Positions 26,863 through 35,295 of a DNA stretch of 64,000 bases are shown in pieces. The notes beneath the pieces were generated by a model. That model did not search any database. It was not told the DNA's origin and saw nothing but the letters and a program-made list of their open reading frames with translations. Made by a program: the position numbers and the translations under genes. Numbering within the stretch: the stretch's first letter is position 1; each line of letters begins with the position of its first letter. The stretch comes from a virus: the IMG/VR virus record IMGVR_UViG_3300029131_000181; one strand, 5' to 3'.

Positions 26863-27910
26863 CGCCTTGCTTCCTCCTTTTTCTGATAAAAATTCTCTGA
26901 TAAACTGCAGAAAGCTGCACGCCATCAGGGCTTACCGAAAAGTCGCTCCTTCCTCTTTTAACAACTTTTGGTGACATCTTATCTCTTAATGCACCAGAGC
27001 CGGAGATTGTTACGCCATCCGCCTTGAAGAACTTAAAGCCAAGGCTTGTATAATCTTTATCGGCTCTGCAAGGCGTATCATCGAACATGGAACCACCAAC
27101 AATCTCAAACTGCTCCGGATTATACTTATCCAAAAAAGTGATAGGCACGCCCATAACGCCTTCATAGTCCACCGGAATATTCGCAACCCTATCCACATTG
27201 ATGGCCATGTAGTTATCATAGCGGGGGTAGCGCTCTTCCACGTCCGGCAGAGGGTTTCCGTCATCGTCATAGTACCGCTGCCAGAGAATCAGTTTCTCGT
27301 GGCGCTTCTGGATGTCGAGGTTAGTAAACCATCTTGTTAGACCGTTGATTTTCTTTGTTATTCCATTGGGGGTATCAAACTCGGATGGTGAGCTATAACC
27401 AATCCACACTTTGTTTTCTTTCAGAAGTGGAAAAAACTCTTTGTATGTAATGGCGTTCTTATTCCCGATAATCAGGAACTTTTTGCCGTGCTGCATCAGT
27501 GTGCCAACATACTCACGGAATAAGCTGAATGGCGGATTGGTCACCACGATATCACTTTCATCCAGCAAGTCAAGGCATTCCTTGCTCCGGAAATCGCCGT
27601 TGCCTTCCAGCAGGGTTTTTACACCGACTTCCACATCATTATCATCTCCGCCCTCGTACTCCATCTTGTAGGTTGGTTCGGTGTGGTCATAGTGCGTAGA
27701 AATCAGCTTCTTTAAGCCAAGTTCTGCAAAGTTCAGGTGAAAATACCGCCAGAAAGCGGACCATGTCGGGTCGTCACAGTTGCAGAATACAACCTTGCCT
27801 GCGAAATGCTTCTTGTAGTGCCGCAATTCCTCTGCGACATCCTCGATTCTGGTGTAGAACTCATCATTCTTCGCGTCCTTCGCCTTATGAAGGTTATCGT
27901 TCTTTGCCAT
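26846..27910 (-). CDS. N6-adenine DNA methyltransferase (EcoRI-methylase-like family)
   Basis: Trimmed to MAKNDNLHKAKDAKNDEFYTR..VVFCNCDDP..LGLKKLI. Catalytic VVTNPPFS. Confidence 0.85.
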   Translation of the reverse strand: MAKNDNLHKAKDAKNDEFYTRIEDVAEELRHYKKHFAGKVVFCNCDDPTWSAFWRYFHLNFAELGLKKLISTHYDHTEPTYKMEYEGGDDNDVEVGVKTLLEGNGDFRSKECLDLLDESDIVVTNPPFSLFREYVGTLMQHGKKFLIIGNKNAITYKEFFPLLKENKVWIGYSSPSEFDTPNGITKKINGLTRWFTNLDIQKRHEKLILWQRYYDDDGNPLPDVEERYPRYDNYMAINVDRVANIPVDYEGVMGVPITFLDKYNPEQFEIVGGSMFDDTPCRADKDYTSLGFKFFKADGVTISGSGALRDKMSPKVVKRGRSDFSVSPDGVQLSAVYQRIFIRKRRKQGDEGTK

Positions 27911-27923
27911 GTCTATATCTCCC

Positions 27924-27959
27924 AATAAAAAATCCAGCACCGAATTACTCAGCACTGGA
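27924..27959 (-). terminator. hairpin + U-run directly before the methyltransferase RBS
   Basis: Minus strand TCCAGTGC-loop-GCTGGATTTTTTATTGGGAG. Overlaps the stop of the upstream gene. Confidence 0.5.
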
Positions 27960-29813
27960 TGTATTTTCCGTATTACAATGACCGCATGATGTTTTCTTGT
28001 TTTCTACAAGACTTTGGGTTATCGCAAAGCATTCGTTTCCGCAATCACATTGACATTTCCATCGAGCATGACCGTTTTGGCTTCCTGCTCTCTCAATGAC
28101 CTTTAGCTTACCAAAGTGCATATTAGCTAAATCGTAAGTTCTTCCTTTTTTGACGAACTTATCGCGTGATGGATTTGCTTTCAAAAAGGCATCTGCTTCC
28201 TCTTCTGTCATGCTTTCGTATTCATTGGCAAATAACCAATGATATCCTCCGGCAACTGTACGTAGCTTGTTGCAGCAGTTCAAGATAGGCGAACCGCCGC
28301 TAATCCCGTATTTAAGAGAAGCCTCTTTTGCTGTAGAAAATCTCTCTTTTGTTTCAACGCAAATCACACTCTTGAAGTGTTTTTGTTTATAGCATTCAGG
28401 GCAGTTATGCCCGTATACTCTATCGGCTATTATCATCTTGTAGGAATGACCGTTTTTGCATTTCCACCAGCATTTTTCTGCAGACCCGGATGAGAAATAT
28501 TCGGGCTTCAAATTCTTGTTTTTTTCGTAATCCCATTCAGCAACAATTTCAGGATGTTCTGTAGCAAGGTTGTTCTTTTCGTTCCGTCTTCTTTTGCCTG
28601 TTGTACAAACAGGACATGTTGCGTTTTCTTTTGCTCTGCCATTGATGGGTGCTTCCCATTTATGCCCGCACTTAGAGCAAATCCAATGAACCATTTCTGA
28701 GCTAGATGATGACACCATCATCGGGTCAATGCCTACATTCAGTTCGTAGTCCCATTCTTTCAGGAGTTCCGGATGCCGTCCGCCCATACTTCGTTCAGCT
28801 TTGTAATCTTTGTATTGACGATAGATGTCTTTTGAATCCTTTTGTGTATCAATGTTAGGTTCAGAAACGCCAAGCATCTCTAAGCATTGGCGAATTGCTG
28901 CGTCGAGCGTTGCGTGCCCTCTATTGTTTTCTCTGATGATATTCTCGCTATTACGAATTTCCTGAAGCCCATGCTCGCGAATACGAATTATCCGAATTCC
29001 ATTCTGCTTGCATTTTTCGGACTTTTCTTCGTCATTTTTCACTCTTTTCTCATCAGAATGGTATCGAACACCATCGTATTCTACTGCAGTGCGAATGGAG
29101 GGGATGTAAATGTCCAGCTCTTTTCCAATAACTTTCTTGTTTCCAATAACAGCCTCTGAAAAATACTTTTTTGCATAATACGCTACTGCTTGTTCTTGGA
29201 ACGAGGTCTGTCCTTTATCGATAGTGCTGCATATCGGGCAACTCTTGATACGCTGGATGTAATGATATACGCTTGCCTGCCATTCCGTGCCACAAGCAGA
29301 GCATTTCCACCATACAACAATATTGCTTCCTTGTGTCAGCATACTGACATCTACGTCCTTATTTTTTGCAAAGTCATAGTCTTGCATAGCTTCTGCATTA
29401 TCTACAAGCATTTTCGAAGCTTCGGTAATGTGTTTGCAACAACCGCAAGACTTCACTTTTCCCCGCAGCAAAGAAGAGCGATAAGCAACAAATTCTTTTC
29501 CGCAGCTACACATACAGTTATAACGAATGTTTCTATGCCCCGTGCTTCCAATCGCATCTTCTGCCAAAGAAATAACTTTGATACCGTTGTGTTCTTCGCC
29601 AACCAAATCCTGGTATGTACGTTTACGGTCTTTACCTCGGCAGTCTTTACACTTTAACCCTTTCAAGAGCGCGTCGATACCAATTATCATTGTGTTTCCG
29701 CAGCAGTTACATTTCACCAAATAGGTATCTGCTTTTGAATTAGAGCCGGGGATAGTTTCGAAAACTGTTAAATCTCCGTATGTTTTGCCTGTTCTATTTA
29801 TTTTCGCCGCCAT
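27945..29813 (-). CDS. mosaic zinc-ribbon / Vsr-like endonuclease / NUMOD-like HTH protein (homing-endonuclease-like)
   Basis: 622 aa. CxxC ribbons throughout. KELDIYIPSIRTAVEYDGVRYH is a Vsr/DUF559-type core. HPELLKEWDY..WICSKCGHKW is a DUF4379-like ribbon. FSTAKEASLKYGISGGSPILNCC..GGYHW is a NUMOD/IENR-like HTH. Confidence 0.75.
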   Translation of the reverse strand: MAAKINRTGKTYGDLTVFETIPGSNSKADTYLVKCNCCGNTMIIGIDALLKGLKCKDCRGKDRKRTYQDLVGEEHNGIKVISLAEDAIGSTGHRNIRYNCMCSCGKEFVAYRSSLLRGKVKSCGCCKHITEASKMLVDNAEAMQDYDFAKNKDVDVSMLTQGSNIVVWWKCSACGTEWQASVYHYIQRIKSCPICSTIDKGQTSFQEQAVAYYAKKYFSEAVIGNKKVIGKELDIYIPSIRTAVEYDGVRYHSDEKRVKNDEEKSEKCKQNGIRIIRIREHGLQEIRNSENIIRENNRGHATLDAAIRQCLEMLGVSEPNIDTQKDSKDIYRQYKDYKAERSMGGRHPELLKEWDYELNVGIDPMMVSSSSSEMVHWICSKCGHKWEAPINGRAKENATCPVCTTGKRRRNEKNNLATEHPEIVAEWDYEKNKNLKPEYFSSGSAEKCWWKCKNGHSYKMIIADRVYGHNCPECYKQKHFKSVICVETKERFSTAKEASLKYGISGGSPILNCCNKLRTVAGGYHWLFANEYESMTEEEADAFLKANPSRDKFVKKGRTYDLANMHFGKLKVIERAGSQNGHARWKCQCDCGNECFAITQSLVENKKTSCGHCNTENTSSAE

Positions 29814-29832
29814 ATTGAATTTCCCTCTTTAA

Positions 29833-29868
29833 TAAAAAATCCTATGCAGAATCTCTCTGCATAGGATG
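29833..29868 (-). terminator. hairpin + U-run directly before RBS of gene 29813
   Basis: Minus strand ATCCTATGCAGAGAGATTCTGCATAGGATTTTTTATTAAAGAGGG. Confidence 0.65.
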
Positions 29869-30111
29869 CCTTTTTACTTATTTGAATAAGGCTGTTTATT
29901 TCTTCCGTCTGAATCTATTATGTCACGGGCTGGTCCCCACAAAAAAATGAGCGTTAAATGTGCGGAAACGCACAAAAAACGCACGCACACATTTTTTGAA
30001 TGATGCGTGCGTTTATGATAGCTTTTATTTAATGAAATGAGAGAATATATAGTGGCACTTCAGAGTAGGGCTTTCTGCTTTCCCCTGTACCCTGTCGTTG
30101 ATGGATGCTTT

Positions 30112-30246
30112 TCATTTGCGCCCGCACTTGGTGCAGACCCAGTAAACAGCATTTGTGCCGGAAGCTGTTACCTGCATCGGGTCGATGCGGGTGTTGAGCT
30201 TACGGTTCCAGTTGTCGCGCAGTTCCGGATGAAATTTAGAAAACAC
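30112..30246 (-). pseudogene. orphan single zinc-ribbon repeat fragment
   Basis: Read by eye: ..FSKFHPELRDNWNRKLNTRIDPMQVTASGTNAVYWVCTKCGRK*. Matches the HPEL..W..N...DP......S...V.W.C.KCG unit of the 622-aa protein. No ATG or RBS. Confidence 0.55.
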
Positions 30247-30278
30247 AAAAAGAAGCCGCAGAAACCTATCCTCTGCGG
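30247..30278 (-). terminator. rho-independent terminator just downstream of promoter copy 10
   Basis: Minus strand CCGCAGAGGATAGGTTTCTGCGGCTTCTTTTT. Confidence 0.65.
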
Positions 30279-30304
30279 CTACACTTATTTATCTTATATT
30301 TCCT

Positions 30305-30332
30305 ATCATATCCAATTCGCACGGATGCACAA
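30305..30332 (-). promoter_or_regulatory. motif-class promoter, copy 10
   Basis: TTGTGC-ATCCGTGCGAATTGGA-TATGAT. Confidence 0.5.
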
Positions 30333-30483
30333 GGCAAAATTGTGGCAAAACCGTAGCAAAACAGTGGCAAAGACAAGGTACATGGGACTTGTTCCGTTGC
30401 TGAACAGGAAATGCCAAAAAACAACTGCTTTGCTCAAATATGTCATCTCGTGTATTTTCTTGTCATTTATTGTAAATTCGCGC

Positions 30484-30512
30484 TTGCTTTTTGGTGCGGG
30501 ATGTGCTATTAT
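30484..30512 (+). promoter_or_regulatory. plus-strand promoter of the 466-aa gene
   Basis: TTGCTT-N17-TATTAT, with an overlapping TATAAT 3 nt downstream. Confidence 0.5.
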
Positions 30513-30568
30513 AATTACATAAGATGACAGCATTGTACAGCTAACGACATATTTGAAAGGAGTACACC

Positions 30569-31969
30569 ATGATTTATGTTAACCTCGCCATGCCCGTGAT
30601 TTTCTATAAGCAGCTGCCCGGCATCGCTAAGAAGCTGGATGTGGATGCTGATTTTTTGAAAGGCTTTCTCACCAACGCCAGGTGTTATGTCGAGGATGCC
30701 GGAAAAGGTGAAGTGCTTGAGCTGGACAACTCGGCCGACACGATAACGAAAGTTGTCGCAACCCATGAGAAGCGTTTCTATGGCGCGGAAGCCATTGTGG
30801 AATTCGCCAAGAGCAAAGGCGTGGATATTCCTGCACTGAACCATTTTGAACTTGGTGCAGATATCTCTGCCCATGCAACGGAAGACCAAGTTGCCAACAT
30901 CACTGCATTGGCCGCACGAGTCGAGCGCCTCAATAATCGGTACAAGAGTCTTGCCCGGCTTGAAGCCCCGGACGTCATCCTGATGAACGAAGCAAGGATG
31001 GTGCGTGACGCAGTAGAGCAGCTGGAAGATAACAGCGGTACATACTCCCCGGCTCTTGACCAGAACGGGGTTGCCTATCAATCCTTGAAGGATATTGGGT
31101 ATTCTCTTGTCACCGGTTGGGACAAGTCGGTACTTGAAAAGAACAGCAATAAGGATACGGAGGCCACCTTTCCCAAAGAGCCCGACTTTCAAAGGCTGGC
31201 ATCGCTGGTCAAAAAAGCCATCGGAACCCGCACACAGGGTAAGTTTGCGTTTCAAGCGGGGCTGACTCGTGGATATATCAGTAACCTTGCGAACGGCAAC
31301 GCGAAAGCTCAGCCGACCGAGAATACCATCAAGAAAATTGCAAGCGCAACAGATGCTGTCACGGAGAACGAGCTTCGTATCGCCTGTGGGTATGAGCCCT
31401 TGCCTGACGACGGGAAAGACAAGCTCTCTATGCAGCGTGCAAGCATGTCTGATGACGCATGGCAGAAAGACAACGTGGATGCATTCCTCTCTTTTCTGAA
31501 TGAAACGATTCCAATGTCCACTCCTCTTTCGTCCACTGAAATTCTTCAAGCTCTTTTCAAGGAAAAATACGGTGACAAGAACGACCAGATTCTGCTGGAA
31601 AAGGTCTCTGCCCCCGGCACCTATCGTACGGAAGGTACGGCTGCTAATGTCATTCTACCCATTCGTCTTTGTTGGTTCAGCTTCAAGCGGATGCTGATGC
31701 AGACTCTCTATGTAGGACTTATCGGGCATTACAGCAAAAACGATGAGCTGTACATTACCGGATACATTTCTTCTGTGAAAGAGCTGCATGACGCGGTTCC
31801 GGCGCTGCGAGGCGGCATTGATGCGGCCTATGACGCGAGTCTGCCGGAGGGAATCGACATCATGAAGTTCCCGGTATTTTACACGGCTTCCAATGTTCAG
31901 GAAGCATACAAGCGGGTCCAGCAGAAAATCGTCTCCAAAATTGACGAGTCAGCCGCCGTAAGCTTGTGA
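30569..31969 (+). CDS. XRE-type HTH-containing protein
   Basis: 466 aa with RBS AAAGGAG. Internal TRTQGKFAFQAGLTRGYISNLANGN is HTH_3-like. The 344-aa minus ORF opposite is a shadow. Confidence 0.75.
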   Translation: MIYVNLAMPVIFYKQLPGIAKKLDVDADFLKGFLTNARCYVEDAGKGEVLELDNSADTITKVVATHEKRFYGAEAIVEFAKSKGVDIPALNHFELGADISAHATEDQVANITALAARVERLNNRYKSLARLEAPDVILMNEARMVRDAVEQLEDNSGTYSPALDQNGVAYQSLKDIGYSLVTGWDKSVLEKNSNKDTEATFPKEPDFQRLASLVKKAIGTRTQGKFAFQAGLTRGYISNLANGNAKAQPTENTIKKIASATDAVTENELRIACGYEPLPDDGKDKLSMQRASMSDDAWQKDNVDAFLSFLNETIPMSTPLSSTEILQALFKEKYGDKNDQILLEKVSAPGTYRTEGTAANVILPIRLCWFSFKRMLMQTLYVGLIGHYSKNDELYITGYISSVKELHDAVPALRGGIDAAYDASLPEGIDIMKFPVFYTASNVQEAYKRVQQKIVSKIDESAAVSL

Positions 31970-32042
31970 CTTCAGTCATGAGTTAGGCGACTTTTCTCTT
32001 GATTTGTAATCTCACATATGGTATAATAATTATGGTGATATT

Positions 32043-32462
32043 ATGCAAATGTTCGTCAATAATAACCTGTCATATGGTAGAGGTTATGTTTACAATATTC
32101 AATATCATATTGTGTGGTGTACAAAGTACAGAAAACCAGTTTTGATAAACGAAACAGAACAATCGCTAAAAGAGTCTCTGCAGCAGACCGCCGAAACCAT
32201 AAAAATCAATATTGTAGAAATGGAATGCATGCCTGACCATATTCACCTGTTGGTGGAGTGTTCACCGCAGCATTTTATCCCGGATATGATAAAAGTGCTT
32301 AAAGGCAACAGTGCAAGAGCTATTTTTATCGCCAATCCGGACTTGAAGAAGCAACTTTGGGGCGGGCATCTTTGGAACCCAAGCTACTTTATTGCAACCG
32401 TCAGTGATAACACGCGCAAACAAGTACAAGAATACATTGCATCTCAAAAAATAAGAAACTGA
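32043..32462 (+). CDS. tnpA: IS200/IS605 Y1 (HUH) transposase TnpA
   Basis: YNIQYHIVWCTKYRKPVL, the PDHIHLLV HUH motif and C-terminal YIASQ tyrosine. Confidence 0.95.
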   Translation: MQMFVNNNLSYGRGYVYNIQYHIVWCTKYRKPVLINETEQSLKESLQQTAETIKINIVEMECMPDHIHLLVECSPQHFIPDMIKVLKGNSARAIFIANPDLKKQLWGGHLWNPSYFIATVSDNTRKQVQEYIASQKIRN

Positions 32463-32480
32463 TGAAAGGGGGGCTTCGCA

Positions 32481-33812
32481 GTGAAAATCACTTCCAGCTA
32501 TGCTGTGGAAATCAAAAAGCAGAAAATGTTCGACAATACTATAAAGATTTATCGCGAAGCCGTTTCTTTCTTGATTGGTTGTTTTAACAAAGAATGGGAT
32601 TCTATTCAAAAAGTAGAGGGTGCCAAATCTCGAAAGAGTTTTGCCGAGAAGTTAATTCATACTACAAAATACAGCACTGCTAAATATGATTTCGATGCCA
32701 AGTTTTATAAGTTCCCTAGTTACCTGCGCAGAGCGGCTATTCAAGCAGCACTCGGCTCTGTAAGCAGCTACTACAGTAGCCATAAGAACTGGGAAGCAAA
32801 CGGCAAGGTTGACAGGGAGCCAAAACTTCAATGCGATAGATTTTGCTTCCCGGCTTTTTATAAGACCGTTATGTATGAGGAAAGCAACAAACCAAACCAG
32901 TGCTATCTGAAGCTGTATAAAAACAATGACTGGGTTTGGGTTCCTATCGCAATGCGTGCCACCGATGTCAAATACATCACGAAATACTGGTCACATTGCG
33001 AAAAGAGTGCTCCTGCACTCGAAAAGAAGTACGGGAAGTATTTCCTACGCTTTGCCTTCGAGGAAGAGGTAAAACTCTCCGAAACTGAAATTCAAGACAG
33101 GCGTATCTGCGCTGTAGACCTTGGTCTCAATACTGACGCCGTGTGCAGCATCATGACTGCCGATGGAACTGTCCTTGCAAGAAAATTTATCAATTTTGCA
33201 AGTGAAAAAGACCATCTGTATCATGTGCTCAACCGTATTAAGCGTAAGCAAAGAGAACATGGACCTAAGAGTGCTGCTGCTATGTGGCGTTACGCCAAAG
33301 CCTTGAATAACGATATAGCGAAAAAGGTTGCTGCTGCGATTACTGAATTTGCTGTGCTTTATTCTGTAGATGTGATTGTTTTTGAACATTTGTCATTTAC
33401 AGGCAAAAAGCACGGTGGCAGTAAGGCACAGAAGCTGTCGATGTGGAAGCGTAATTCCATACAGGATTATGTGGAACACAAGGCGCACCGCTGCGGTATC
33501 CGGATTTCGCGTATCTGTGCTTGGGGGACAAGCAAACTCGCCTTTGATGGCAGTGGTGCTCTCAAGCGTGATGAAACCAATCGTGCCCTTGCAACGTTTG
33601 CAAGCGGCAAACAATACAACTGCGACCTAAGTGCGAGCTACAATATTGGCGCTCGCTACTTTGTCAGAGAGTTGCTAAAACCCTTGCCAGCGATGGTAAG
33701 GTCTCAGCTTTCGGCTAATGTTCCGGATGTTGAGCGTAGAATCCAAGTTACACTTGCCACGCTTAAAGTTCTGTATCCTGAGCTTAAAAAACTCAGTACA
33801 CAGGCAGCGTAA
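32481..33812 (+). CDS. tnpB: TnpB-like RuvC nuclease lacking the zinc-finger cysteines
   Basis: 443 aa with GTG start. RuvC triad candidates are CAVDLGLNTD, VIVFEHL and NCDLSASYNIGARYF. The usual CxxC..CxxC segment is replaced by WGTSKLAFDGSGALKRDETNRALATFASGKQY. Confidence 0.8.
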   Translation: MKITSSYAVEIKKQKMFDNTIKIYREAVSFLIGCFNKEWDSIQKVEGAKSRKSFAEKLIHTTKYSTAKYDFDAKFYKFPSYLRRAAIQAALGSVSSYYSSHKNWEANGKVDREPKLQCDRFCFPAFYKTVMYEESNKPNQCYLKLYKNNDWVWVPIAMRATDVKYITKYWSHCEKSAPALEKKYGKYFLRFAFEEEVKLSETEIQDRRICAVDLGLNTDAVCSIMTADGTVLARKFINFASEKDHLYHVLNRIKRKQREHGPKSAAAMWRYAKALNNDIAKKVAAAITEFAVLYSVDVIVFEHLSFTGKKHGGSKAQKLSMWKRNSIQDYVEHKAHRCGIRISRICAWGTSKLAFDGSGALKRDETNRALATFASGKQYNCDLSASYNIGARYFVRELLKPLPAMVRSQLSANVPDVERRIQVTLATLKVLYPELKKLSTQAA

Positions 33813-33985
33813 GATGTACAGATGCTAACTGAGTTATTAGTTTTCTTGCGGTGATGGCTCCCGTCTGGACGCCTGAGCTGAGGGATTACCGTATCTTTCG
33901 TTAGAACGCCGCTACCCATAAAAGGAGCGGGAAGCCCGCGACTTTAGTCGTGGGAGGATTCACTGTAAGGCTTCCGTTATCGCTT
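33813..33985 (+). ncRNA. TnpB omega RNA / right-end region (extent approximate)
   Basis: GC-rich hairpins, for example GGGAAGCCCGCGACTTTAGTCGTGGGAGG, immediately 3' of tnpB. Confidence 0.45.
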
Positions 33986-33990
33986 ATGCG

Positions 33991-34260
33991 ATGAACAATG
34001 AGACGGTTCTCTGTGCAGGACAGGACATCTTTGACGGGATGCTGGGCAGCAAAGAAACCGATGCAGAAAATTGCTCTTGCGTTTCTGTCTCTGACAAAGA
34101 GTTTGCCCGTCTGCATTCCAAGTTTGGCCTCAAGAAAGAGGACGTTCTGGAAGCTATCAAGGCATACGCGCAGGAGCTCGGTCTGGAGTACGGCCCCGTC
34201 AACTATTTCATGATGTGTGACCCGAAATACGCAAATGACCTTGGCGAAGTTGTTCAGTGA
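33991..34260 (+). CDS. hypothetical protein (possibly 5'-truncated by the IS)
   Basis: 89-aa ORF with ordinary composition but no RBS. The frame stays open into the IS right end. Confidence 0.4.
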   Translation: MNNETVLCAGQDIFDGMLGSKETDAENCSCVSVSDKEFARLHSKFGLKKEDVLEAIKAYAQELGLEYGPVNYFMMCDPKYANDLGEVVQ

Positions 34261-34314
34261 GTTGTTCTGAATGCGGCAAGGTGATTCGCTGCCATAATGG
34301 ATGAGGTGTTTCCT

Positions 34315-34749
34315 ATGACACAAACCGATACCAATACCCGTATTACCGGCCTTGGCTTTTACTTGGATGAAATCGAAAAGCCGATATTTTGCATTTTTCT
34401 TGAGAATCATCGTCAGACTATAGATGCCATGAGCGCATCTGCTTCTGTTCGTGCATTTCTTGACCGTATATGTCTCGATAACGGCCGCATTAACTACGAT
34501 GAGGCGGATAGGCTTTTGGCGAAAGATGAGGATTGTGCTTTGCTCGGTAAATGTCTTGCCTCCGCCCTTAATCACGAATTTGGAGAAGAGTTGCTCTCCT
34601 GCCACTATAGCAGCTCAACTGATATTAACCGTCCGTGCCTTATCCTTTTACCTGAAAAAGTCAAGGATGAACCGGCCATAGCATGTGTGCAAAAGGCAGC
34701 AAATGAGCTGCTCGTCGATTTCGAGCATGTGTGCCACGACACCCACTAA
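34315..34749 (+). CDS. hypothetical protein
   Basis: Trimmed to MTQTDTNTRITG (GAGGT RBS). Followed by the bidirectional terminator. Confidence 0.55.
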   Translation: MTQTDTNTRITGLGFYLDEIEKPIFCIFLENHRQTIDAMSASASVRAFLDRICLDNGRINYDEADRLLAKDEDCALLGKCLASALNHEFGEELLSCHYSSSTDINRPCLILLPEKVKDEPAIACVQKAANELLVDFEHVCHDTH

Positions 34750-34751
34750 AC

Positions 34752-34796
34752 AAAAAAAGAAGGCTGCTACCCGTGATGGGCGGCAGCCTTTTGTCT
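34752..34796. terminator. bidirectional rho-independent terminator
   Basis: AAAAAAAGAAGGCTGCTACCCGTGATGGGCGGCAGCCTTTTGT between convergent genes. Confidence 0.8.
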
Positions 34797-34821
34797 TAAA
34801 AAAGGAAATGACTCGCAAATA

Positions 34822-35274
34822 TTATTTACTCGTTTGTTTTTTTAGCTTGTCCCTCGTTTCCATCAGAATAATCCCAAGCCGGTTCTGACCCGGGATGTTC
34901 CGGCATTTCGGGCAATGGCAGTTTCCCCAGTAGTTATCGTGCCAACTGGTGGTATCTTCCTCGATTGGCTGCGTTCCCGTTTCGAGGAGACGCTGCTTGA
35001 GGTCTTTATTCTGTTCGAATTTAGCCATCACCACGCGGCGCATTACATCGTCCCGGGTTTCGTCCCAGTTGGCAGGGAAAGCCACATGACGGCCAAAATG
35101 CTTAGCCGTTGCCGGAGGCATGTCTGAAAATTGTTTGCGCTCTTCCAGCGGAACCTTGTGGCTCTGAAACGCTGCTTCGGCATTCTTGTAACGAATCCCA
35201 TTCATCACAAATTCGCAAGAATAATAGTTACTCATAAACCAGTAGCGAGGGGTATCTTTTCTAAATCGAATCAT
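34822..35274 (-). CDS. NADAR (YbiA/DUF1768) family protein
   Basis: RYWFMSNYYSCEFVMNGIRYKNAEAAFQSHK and WDETRDDVMRRVVMAKFEQNKDLKQRLLETG are NADAR signatures. Confidence 0.85.
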   Translation of the reverse strand: MIRFRKDTPRYWFMSNYYSCEFVMNGIRYKNAEAAFQSHKVPLEERKQFSDMPPATAKHFGRHVAFPANWDETRDDVMRRVVMAKFEQNKDLKQRLLETGTQPIEEDTTSWHDNYWGNCHCPKCRNIPGQNRLGIILMETRDKLKKQTSK

Positions 35275-35295
35275 ACGAATCTCCTATTCTCTATC

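Larger units (their letters stand above)
31990..33985 (+). mobile_element. IS200/IS605-family element with tnpA and tnpB (ends approximate)
   Basis: Adjacent tnpA and tnpB plus a structured 3' end. TGGTATAAT promoter at about 32018-32030. Confidence 0.8.

Noticed and set aside
30515-31549. 344-aa minus-strand ORF.
   Set aside because: The opposite plus-strand ORF (30569-31969) has a strong AAAGGAG RBS, an XRE-type HTH and normal composition. The minus ORF has none of these.
33901-34605. 234-aa minus-strand ORF overlapping the IS right end and two plus-strand ORFs.
   Set aside because: It has no RBS, runs through the structured IS end, and the plus-strand ORFs have more protein-like composition and end at a terminator.
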